A stretch of 63,953 nucleotides of DNA, the filler included, from Collodictyon triciliatum (lineage: Eukaryota): NCBI GenBank assembly GCA_043381765.1. It is 6 parts of 6 records of this genome, joined end to end, with 100 filler letters (N's around TTAATTAATTAA, not from the genome) between each part and the next. Parts side by side here need not be neighbours in the genome. Positions count along the whole stretch, not along the records: positions 20,030 to 34,347 come from JBHJMP010000548.1; positions 34,448 to 51,785 come from JBHJMP010000549.1; 4 more parts are not named here. One strand, written 5' to 3'. This document shows, piece after piece, positions 24,830 through 35,475 of the stretch (its first letter is position 1; the number at the start of each line of letters is the position of its first letter). A model generated the notes under the pieces. That model saw nothing but the letters and a program-made list of their open reading frames with translations. It ran no database searches and had not been told where the DNA came from. The position numbers and the translations under genes are program-made.

Positions 24830-27396
24830 GTGCGGATTCACCACGGAATGAATTACCGCGCGCGGCTGTGAAAGGGGGCTAATCACAAGTAGTAATGATG
24901 ATATTGATAGATACATAAACTGGCAGCCGAACCACTGTTCCCATCCAGGCAAGTGACACATTGGCAAATTGGTTTTTCTCATAAGACGAAGAGTTTATTT
25001 AATTGGATGCGGAACATGAAACAAGATGAGATGTAGGAAATCAATGCAGACAGGACAAAGGAGAGAAAATCATGACTGAAGCTTGGTTTTTTTTTTTTGA
25101 TGTGGGTGCTTGAGTGATTTTGAGAATAACAGAAACCAAGACGGCAGAGGTGAGGCGAACAAAGAACGACCAACGGGAAAAAGAACGACAATCATAACAA
25201 CAGCGGCAACACAGACAAAGAGACACAGACAAACTCTCACCCACAAGAGCATTAGAGCCACCTTTGCAGACTTAGCTGTGCGCCGGACGAGCAACGACCT
25301 TTGGGGATGCGCGATGAGGCGACTTTGCGGCTATCGGCGAGGTTGCGGCCGGGATGGGTGCAGAGAATGCGGGCTGCGCGTGGATGGGCGACGGCGATCG
25401 GACTTTGAGTGGGCTCAGGCGGATTCCTTGCGGGATGTGACGCGGCTCAGCAGCACGAGGGATTTCCTATTGTATAGGGTTTCGCGTCACGGCTTTGTAA
25501 AAAGGAGGATGTCAGAATGACATTGATATGTGTTGGCGAGAGGGGCACATAGCAGAGTACCTACGGTATGGGTCATACCATACCTTTGCTACCGAGCGGG
25601 CAGCTGCAATGTGGACAGGCGGGAGGCTGCTTGTGTCCAGGGGCTCGGCTTCCTACAAGAGGGGTTGGGTCAGCACACGTCGGCGGAATGATGCCTGATC
25701 TGGAGCCAAGAGGTGCGGAGGTGCAGACAAACCGAAGGCATCGGGATGGATGTGGGGTAGGAGGGCGGGAAGGAGCCTTGGCGAGGGACAAAGCCGACGC
25801 CGGTCGGGGTTGCGGTTGGGAAGAGTCGCTGCGAGGTGGAGAGGCCCATGCGGAAGAAGCTGGGTGGAGAGGTTTCCGATTAAGGGATGGCAAAGCGTGT
25901 GTATGGGTAGGTGTGTGTATGAGTGTGTGTGTGTGTGTGTGGGCATACCGCTTCTCGTGCGTCAGGCATTCGCGGTAGAAGCCCACCTGCGAGTGTGTGT
26001 CCAAGGCGTATCCGTATGTCATGGCTGCGTCTGCGGGTGGCGGTGGGTGTCGGCCCTTCTGCTTCTTTTCTTTGGTTCTGCTCTTTTCGTCCTTTATTTC
26101 ATTATATGTTATTTGCTTGTTTGTTTGCTAGTTCGCCATTATTGTGCCCATTGGTGTGGGTTGCCATCGATATTGTTGTTTTTACGGCTCAGGCTTTGCG
26201 TATGGGTTTGTGGGTTTCGCAACGCGGGGTGGCTGTGTGTTTGATCGACACTCGGCTTCCTGGGCTGGCCGGAGTGACTTGCACGTCCTGGTCGGCAGAA
26301 TTGGTTGGACTCGCGTGTTGGAAATGACCCGTGATTGAGCCAGCATGTAGGGCTTCCCCTTTATATCGATTTTCATTTACATTTTTTTTCTTCTTTTTTT
26401 TTTGCGAATCTGTGCTGAATTTGGCCTTGTGCGAGTGAGGCGTGTTAGGATATAGATCACCCATAAATAGATATAGATTGACCCACAAGCGTTTTTGCCG
26501 CATTAGGCGTTCGTTGCAACTGAATTTTGCATTTGACTGGAATATTAGACTGACATCAGAAATCTCTTTGCTTGCTTGCCCAAATTTCTGAAAAGGTTGT
26601 CTCTAATTACCGTACTTTTCTTAATTGCACTTGGGATTAGTTGGCTCCATACTTGCCCCTTGCGGATTCATTCCAAAGGGGTTTTCAGATGATGTACCAT
26701 ATTGGGATATTTTTTATGAATATTAAAACAAAAAATCCATAATTAATGTGTTCCTGTTAATCTGGGGTTTAATCTGTCCCTCGAGGTTTCGTTTGGCAAA
26801 CACATTTTGTCCCCTGTGCAGTTGTGGCTACTTTCACCACACATAACATACCGTATTTTTAATCAATCACGGCCATCACCGAACAACCACAAAACATTTT
26901 CGGCCATCTCTTTTAAAGGATATGTGGCGACTAATCTGGAACAACTCTGGAAATCGATGTGGCGTTTCTGGGCGTGATTACATTGCGATCGAGCAAGCGC
27001 AGGGAATGAAGCCTTATCTCGCAATACTAAGCGATCGCGCTTTCACATCAGCCACGGTTTGGTGATCGGGCCGGGCTTGAATGACCAGAGCCGCCCAAGT
27101 CGACCACAGCCAGCATCCTGACTGAAGTAGCTTATCGCAAGACGCGCAAATACGAAAAACTAATAAATGAATAAAAACAAATTATGAATGCTTGCTTCCC
27201 TGTCGCTCACAAACGCACAACATTTCTTGCAGACTCTTCGGCCAGACTCCAAACGTGCGGTTTTGCTGGTGATCTCTTGCACCCAACTCTGTATTTTGAA
27301 AAAACCCGAATTGAGAAGAACCGATCAGAAAAAACAAACAAAAAAACAAAGAAACAAAGAGACCAGTGAGATAGGCAGATCACTGAAAGCGCAAGC

Positions 27397-28181
27397 ATGG
27401 GCAACGACATATCCCGCACTGTCCCGTTCGCGGTTTCTGTTTGGGTCGAGGTGTCGCGCACTGGTGTTGCTATCGGAAAGGCGGGTGCTCATGCAAAGGC
27501 CATCCTGGAGAAAACCTCCCTTTCACTGGAGACCCCACCTAAGGATGCAGGTGATCGATAAGCCTGTTTATATATTCCACATCGACGTTCTATTCTTCTT
27601 TCAAGATATTTTGCAATTTATTTTTACTTTTTGTTTTGATTTATTTTAGTTTGTTTTGCTTTGTTTTTATTTACATATTTATCTAATTATCTAAAGTTGG
27701 AGACAACGAAGGCCTTGTTCCGATTCGTTTCCGCGGCAAAGGAGATCAGTTAGTCGCCGCTTCTATGATCGAGGTTTATATATAGTACATTGAGAGATGC
27801 TTACTTACAGATAACCTAATTTTTCACATTGCAATCTATCATAATTTTCTTTTTTTTCAAATAAATGAAACAATTCAACACATCCCACAATAATTTATTA
27901 GAGTCTTATTCCTGAGGCGAAAACTCTTATCGAGTTGGATTTTTCCAGACATCAGCAGATTGTGTCTCGTGTCAACAAATCAATCATGGACAAAGTAGCG
28001 TATGAATCTGGGGCAGTCCTCACCTCCAACATGGACAAGGTGACTCCCTTTCTTGGAGTTTGATTTCTCCCAAACATGCCGCATTTTAAACTTTAAGCAG
28101 GATTTCATCCAATTCATATGATAATTTTCCTAAGAGTAATTACGGAGGATTATCAACCCACATGAGAAGCACATGTTTTCA

Positions 28182-28212
<31 letters not shown>

Positions 28213-30822
28213 GGCTTTTTCATAATTTTTTNNNNNNNNNNNNNNNNNNNNNNNNNNNNNNNNNNNNNNNNNNNNNNNNNNNNNNNNNNNNNNNNNNNNN
28301 NNNNNNNNNNNNNNNNNNNNNNNNNNNNNNNAAATAAAAAATGAAGATAGTGAACCCCCAAAAAAAAAAAAATTTTTTATTTTTTTTTTTTTTTTTTTTT
28401 TTACGTACAGGCTGATTCCAAAATATTGCTGATCAAAGGCAACCACAGGCAAGTCTCCTCTGCTTTCGCCAAGTTGAATGCATGCCTCAATGAAGTACGA
28501 ATTCGTAATCACACAATTCTTTTGTCCAGATGATTTCGTTTCCTTCATGAAGACGGAGTTGTACACGAACCCGGATGATGTATTACTCAAGCTTGCAATA
28601 ACAAAAGTATTCCCGTATGTTCAATAGGAAGTCTTTCTGGAAAGAAGGATGAGTGGAGACACAAATCTTGCTCCGGCTGAGACCCTCGCTCGGTCGCCAC
28701 TTTCCTCTTCTCCGTATGTGCCCGGATCGAAGAGTATCCCACGGGCATCCAAGACACAAACATCTACACCTATCCCGATGGGCTCACCGACTGGCTCATA
28801 TCCAAGCTCTCCAAGGACAGAAAGCCGTCGAATATATTCATCGTCAAGTAATACTCTGGTGCCATAAAATGCTCACCTTTTGTAGACAATTCACCATAAA
28901 ATTGTTGCTCGCTTAGATTTATGGAATTAACGTAATATTCGTTGATATGAAAACCATGTCTCTATCTCAGGAAATGATCGAGAGGCTTCTTCATTCACAA
29001 CAAACGGCTCATACGTGTCGAGCTCGATGGAAGGCTCGTTCCGCAACTCTAGCCTCCAGTCAAGATCGTTATCCAGCTCGATGGGTGGTCGTGGTATACC
29101 TAGGCAAACAAGCCCAAAGCTAGAGTATCTTTGTGAAGAAGTAGAAGAAGGCCTCCGAATCACTGTCGACAAGTCAAAAATAGGATATCTTATTGGCAGG
29201 CAAAGTATATCCTATCAATCAGTCTTCTTTGATGAGCCTAATTTTGTAATATCAGAATCAATAAATCCAAAAAAAATATAATAAACAGGCTCTACTGTCG
29301 CTCGCATCAAACAAGAGAGCGGAGCTAACATCGAGGTCGATTCTCGGGCTTGCACTATTTTTATAACCGGAGAACCACAAGCCATGCAAAAAGCTAAGGA
29401 AAGTTTTGAACAGCTTATTGTAAGTAGCTTCTATCTTAGTGAATTTTAATACGCTCTCATGACACGTTTCCAATTTTTTTTTAAAAAGACATGATGCCGA
29501 ATTATTGTATCAATGATATCCCTGAGACTTAATTCACATCGTATAATAGAACGAGACCCGCTCCCTTAACGAAAAGTATGCTCCCCTATGATATTTCAGC
29601 AAACTTTCATATACAAACATGTCCTGGGTATCATATACATATTTTTTTCATTTATTTTTTACCTTTTTGTATATCTCCTTGTTTCAACCTAGCCCTTAAC
29701 AAGCTTAAATCCAGGCGACATATTTTCTTTGAAGGGGTTCCCTCTTTCGATCATCAAGTCAAATTTGTCAAATACGAGGTATCAAGTCTCAGTTAAACCT
29801 AAGTATAACTTGTAGATATCAGATTTTTTTATCTACTTTTCTTTCCAAAAAAATTACCGGAAAGCCTATTTGGTCATCCTCACCAGAGCCTTTTATCTGT
29901 TTATCAAGGGTCCTTGCTCTGGAAAGCTCAAGAATGAGCAGCTTTTCGTCTTGGAGTCCACTAACCCAGCGGATGAGGTTGAAACCATTTCATTTTCGAT
30001 AATCAAAGACCATATATAATTTAGTCCATTTGTTTATTTATTTATTTGTTTGTTTGTTTGTTTGTTTGTTTGTTTGTTTGTTTGTTTGTTTGTTTGTTTG
30101 TTTGTTTGTTTGTTTGTTTGTTTGTTTTATTTCGAACGATAACAATTCGTCAACGACATTAAAATGGTGCAGGAGTCAGATGATGTGTTCCAAAGTATCA
30201 ATGACCAGAACATGATACGTCTCCAGGAGGCTGTGGCCCCTGTACTTCAAGCGATTATTGGACAAGGGTCTATCATCTCCATATCAGCTTTGGTTTGAAA
30301 ATATTAAATCCTTGCATTTATTACCAAGAATAAATGTTTTCATAAAATCTTATCCTCACTGCCGTTTGTAATATGGAACATAGGTTGGTCGTCTGATATT
30401 TTACAGGATTTCGCAGGCTATTCAGTACCGCTCATTAACAATCGAGAGCATTCAGTCAAAGCTTAAAAATGGAGATATCCGCTCTCGCTTTGAAGCTACT
30501 GATTCAGCTGCGGACTTGGTGTGTTATCAGACATTATTTGATGCTTACTATCACTGTAATTGTAGCATTTATATGGAAGCTTATATAGAATGAATGCATT
30601 TTTCTTGCTCTTTTTCATTCACTGGTATGTGAGAAAACCGAAAGAGATCAAATATGCCTTCCTAATTTTTTTTTCCCTTTTCAGCCGTGGCTGAGAGACC
30701 TTGTCCAGACTTCCACGTCTACAGGGTATTCACTAACTATGGGAATTACCAGTGACAAGGAGACCACATCTCGTCTCAGAGTCAAAACATCGAGGTGGGT
30801 GCTGTGTAAATTAGCTACGATG

Positions 30823-30895
<73 letters not shown>

Positions 30896-32179
30896 GTCCT
30901 CTTATTTTGGTCGTTGTATTACGCAAGTTGATGTATTTATGAAATACAACGTCCTCAGGATGACATTCAAGCCAAACGAGTCCACCGAAAGCGGGCTTGA
31001 AAAGTTTGTTGAACTTCAAGACACACATGAACTCACAGGTACACCCTGCGCGATCGGTTTTTCCTTTTTTTTAATTTTGTATGTATACTCAATTCTAAAT
31101 TGTCAAGAACACCGAACATTAAAAAAAAAAAAAACTAATGGAATTATTAATCATTCTTTAAACAAAAACAAAAAAAATAAAAATTAGCGGACTTTGTTGA
31201 TATAAGGCACAAACACAACATCCGTCTTGTGATTAAATTTGCAGCTCATCCTTTTCCATCACAATTTGAAGATTTCTGTAAATCCATGAAACTCGACCCG
31301 GTATTTTCTTCTCTTCTTATTTTCCCCCCATCTTCAATTTAATGTTTATATATACGTCACCCACTTTGCAATATGCTGTACAGGAAACAGGAAACATAAG
31401 CTATCAAACGGAAGGCCCTGTACAAGTTTATACGGCCCGAATGCTAACTATCCAGTCCCTCGCTGCTCAAGATTCTGTCCGGCCTGTCGTATGGCTTTTC
31501 TCTTTTCCATCAGCATGTTATATTTATCTGCGTAATAGTTAATCAAATAATGGACGCAAAAGGAGAAATATATTCATATTGTATCAAACATCTATTTAGT
31601 TATTATTATTTTTTTTGGCGATATCGATGAAAGAGAGTAGAAAAATTATTTAGTATATACATTATGAGTCTGAAAGATGAGATATTCGCTAAACTCGAGT
31701 GAAATATTGCTGGTCAGATTACACAATCACAAACAATAAAAAGGGCCGCTGCTCCTTCGCTACCACCCACTGCTGCATCTGATGTTGATGAAGATAACGA
31801 AGTGCACCGCGAACTGCAGTTGTTTCACACAAGATTGGACCAAGTATGCTCCAGCTCAATTTTTTTTTTTCCGAAGCAGGCGTTTTAAAAAAAGGGAACA
31901 ACGAATATTGCAGTGAATCGCATATTTTAAGGAAACCCTCATGCTATAGATGTTCCAGGCCCCTGACCTGTCCGCTAGCTCTATCCGTGGCCTACAGTAC
32001 TATTTTTTTTTTCTTGATAAATTTGATTTGTTTCTGCCTATTTGTCGCCTCCTATTTGTTGCTTGGCAATTTTCAGGTTTTTTTTTATTTTTAAAAAAAA
32101 AGTAAATAAAATATATAATTTATCTTAAAGAGAACAACTTGTCGACTTCTTGAAGACTGTGCGCTCCCTCATGTCCTGA
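27397..32179 (+). CDS. Multi-KH-domain RNA-binding protein with a C-terminal domain of unknown function
   Basis: MGNDISR...GVAIGKAGAHAKAILEKT (KH GxxG). LRITVDKSKIGYLIG..STVARIKQESGANIEVD...IFITGEPQAMQKAK (KH). About 15 GT-AG introns. Last exon EQLVDFLKTVRSLMS*. Confidence 0.8.
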
Positions 32180-32366
32180 CTCCACCAGGCAGCTGGGCAA
32201 ATCCACCGCCCTTTCGCTCTGGGGTTCCCAATCTTTTCATTATGGCCCCGGTTGTTCTTTCTATCGCCTTTTCCATTATCACTTCTGCTAGCCTTTTGTC
32301 AAACCCTCACACAAAACCAAAATTGAGAAGTAGTGGGATATCAAATCATCTCTCATCACCTCACGG

Positions 32367-32384
32367 ACTTTTGAATCGAATAAA
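32367..32384 (+). repeat. Family A core motif without tail or clear TSD, in the 3' UTR region of the KH gene
   Basis: ACTTTTGAATCGAATAAA, ~190 nt after the stop at 32179. Confidence 0.5.
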
Positions 32385-32757
32385 CACCGTCAGTAAACCC
32401 TCCAATCCATTATAATTCATTTTGCTACAGATACATAGAATATGTTTACACGCAAATGTGCAGAAACCTCAAGAAGATGCTTAAATTAAAACCATATGAT
32501 GTGGCTATCTCTTTAGATGTGTTTTTTTTTTTTTTCACCTATAGTTTATTTTCTACACAAAGTGTTATCTGGGGTCGCAGGAAAGAAATAAATTGGACGT
32601 GGGTGACATGACTATGAATAAATCGGTGTCATCTGCTGGAAATCCAGACCCTGGATGTTCATGTCAAGCAGCGTGCAAACCGGATTCTGTGCGGAAGGGA
32701 GTGGGAAAGTCCACGCATTATACCATAAAATGAAGATAAGGCCAACAAGATAGGCAC

Positions 32758-33751
32758 TTATTCAGCGGATGAGATTTTCTCCAAAAAGGCTTCCAGCCTG
32801 GCGTTTAGAGCCTTGATCGACTTCACGCTCCCACTTTGTTGTGCAAGGATTTCTAGAATCCAGTCAACATCAAACTCGCCACTGTCATCCTCCTTCGCTC
32901 TTACCTGTGGTACGAGGGTTATATTCCCGATGTTTAGAATAAATATTCTATATTGAGCAGAGGTTAGAATTTGTTCTTTTAAATTCGCACCTGATTCGAT
33001 TGTAGATGGAATTCGCCCTCCTTTTCATGTAGATAGTGATTTACTGCATCCTCACGTTCCCGGTTATGTCTCTTAACTTGGTGAGTCTCATAAATGTCGT
33101 CCATTTCCTCCTTTAACGAATATAACAAATAGGTTGAAACACCACACGGACACCAACCCACGCACACTGCACTTTTCACTTTAACGCACGAGACGCATCA
33201 TGATGTGATGAAGACATACGTGAATGCGTAGTCTTTCCTTGCGCAAATGAAATAGTTCTTGCTTCTTCTGTTGATAAACATATTGATATCAAAAGACTAA
33301 ATATATTTTGATGAAGTATTATCAATCTAGCACCGTAACTTTAAACATGAGGTTTGAAATTTTTGCTTAGATTTTGATAATTTTTCTAAAAACTCTTCGA
33401 CATTCATGAAAGAAAAGAGGTATTGGAATGTTGTTTCTTTGTTGCGCACCTTCTTTATGTGTAAATGCAATTCCTTGGCCTCCTTCATCAGTTCCATATT
33501 TTCATTCTCTAATAAGCTCTTTTTTTTTTTTGCATCAATCGAAGGAATTGTAAAAAGGAAAAAAGAAGAAATAATTGGAACACCAGAATTGTGAATGATG
33601 TGTCAAGGTTCTGAAGGGGGAAAAATAACAAAAGAGAAATATAGGTAAAATGTGATTGAAAATATCAAAACATACGTGCTCTTTTAAATCTTCAGATACA
33701 CGGGTATATAGCTCTTCTACATCTCTCGCTGCTTCGCCGCCAAGTTCGTCT
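32758..33751 (-). CDS. 3' exons of a hypothetical coiled-coil protein (5' end missing)
   Basis: Exons DELGGEAARDVEELYTRVSEDLKEH, MELMKEAKELHLHIKK, EEMDDIYETHQVKRHNRERE..., VRAKEDDSGEFDVDWILEILAQ...KISSAE* with GT-AG boundaries. Confidence 0.6.
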
Positions 33752-33990
33752 CTATCATAAGAGAGGCATGAAAAGATGATATGAGTATTTCAAAGCATTT
33801 CGGTATATGAAACAAAAGAAAAGAAAAGAAAAGAAGAGAAAAGAAAAAGAAAAAGAAAAGAAAAGAAAAGNNNNNNNNNNNNNNNNNNNNNNNNNNNNNN
33901 NNNNNNNNNNNNNNNNNNNNNNNNNNNNNNNNNNNNNNNNNNNNNNNNNNNNNNNNNNNNNNNAAGAAAAGGAAAGGAAAGGAAAGAAAC

Positions 33991-34086
33991 CTCCTCCGGA
34001 CTCCCAACCGACCCGAAAAAGACACCCACAATATTGTCTAGCAATGCCACGTCCAGGGGGACGGAGTAATCAAGAAGCGTCTCCAT
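33991..34086 (-). CDS. XPO1: Exportin-1 (CRM1) first exon only
   Basis: METLLDYSVPLDVALLDNIVGVFFGSVGSPEE matches the conserved CRM1 N-terminus (M..ILDF...LD..LLD..V..F). Followed by a GT donor, a microsatellite and a gap. Confidence 0.75.
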
Positions 34087-34391
34087 TTTCTGTTCTCTGG
34101 ACAGGTTTCCTTGCAGATTAAAGATAATTGAAGCTTGCAAGAAATTACAGTGCACATAATTATAAAAAGCAATAAAAAAGCAAATAAAAAAGCAAATAAA
34201 AAAGCAAATAAAAAAGCAAATAAAAAAGCAAATAAAAAAGCAAATAAAAAGCAAATAAAAAAGCAAATAAAAAAGCAAATAAAAAAGCAAATAAAAAAGC
34301 AAATAAAAAAGCAAATAAAAAAGCAAATAAAAAAGCAAATAAAAAAGNNNNNNNNNNNNNNNNNNNNNNNNNNNNNNNNNNNNNNNNNNNN

Positions 34392-34403
34392 TTAATTAAT
34401 TAA
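34392..34403. other. Artificial scaffold linker
   Basis: TTAATTAATTAA within N padding. Confidence 0.97.
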
Positions 34404-34826
34404 NNNNNNNNNNNNNNNNNNNNNNNNNNNNNNNNNNNNNNNNNNNNAAAAAAAGAAGACAAAAAAAAAATGGGCCTTTTTTTTAATTTTTAAAATTTTT
34501 TTTTTTTTTTTTGTTTTTTTTTTTTTTTTTTTTTTTTTTACTGCTCTTAGCTCATTAGTTTTCCTTGTAGCTCTACCTCAAGCGTCGTATTTCATCTCTT
34601 TTTTTTTCTTTCTTATTCTTGCTTTGTTTTGCTCTGTTCCTTTCTCACCACATCAAAGACTGGTATGATTTCTCCAGGTTGCTTGTGTGATATCGTATGA
34701 TTCCTGGGCCATAAGAGCAAAGCCAGGTCTATTAAGGACCAATAGCATGTAATGGAGGTTCGGAACGGACAGACAAAGCACATTTATTGATGGGGTTTGG
34801 TGTTTATGTGCGTCTGTGCCTGCAGC

Positions 34827-35432
34827 CTAGATATTCTTCTTGACGTTTCGGTCAAGGACAAAATACGCCACAAAGTCACAGAAAACACCGATACCAAACA
34901 TAATACCAACATCGGCAAATATAGGGAATGATTGCATGTTGAATTGATTGATGACATCTTCGCCAGTAGCGTATGGGCACGAGCCTAATGAATGAGTTTT
35001 ATGATCAGCGATGTAGCTTCCAGCTCCTCCAATATATACTTATATGAAAACTGTAGTGACAACCGTCAAAGTAGTCAAGCATGTTCTCCATAACATGCTT
35101 GATATTTTCTAAATACGTTTTGTATGTCTCTGCCTTCGAATTTAGTAACTCACAGTTGTATATTTCCAGCTCTTCCTCCGTGCAAGTGAAATGAGCCCCG
35201 TCGAATTCGTTGCGAAGCAAAGCACGATAGCTGTACATATTTGATGCTTCATAAGTCAAGAAATCGAATCGTCTTATTTTCAAACGTAACTGTGGTTTAT
35301 TTTACGTTGAATTATTCGCAACCGGTGTCATAATGGTTAGTGTATAAAGCCTACCCATATTTGACAAAACTGATGTGCTGTAACCTATTATTTTAAAGGG
35401 TATTGAACGTTTAGCTTTCGAAGAATTTTGAT

Positions 35433-35475
<43 letters not shown>

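Noticed and set aside
24980-27180. GC-richer intergenic block (and 20300-21100) as a hidden gene or ncRNA
   Set aside because: The overlapping ORFs have no recognisable motif or consistent splice pattern, and no tRNA, snRNA or SRP fold could be supported.
28449-28455. Strong-looking GC donor AG|GCAAGT in the KH gene
   Set aside because: The frame continues as KH-like HRQVSSAFAKLN to a normal GT donor.
29576-29714. U12-type intron suggested by CCTTAAC near the acceptor (also GTATCC at 42802 and ATATCCT at 29207)
   Set aside because: The donors lack the RTATCCTT consensus, the AT-AC reading breaks frame, and CTAAC/TTAAC branch-like motifs are common in ordinary introns here.
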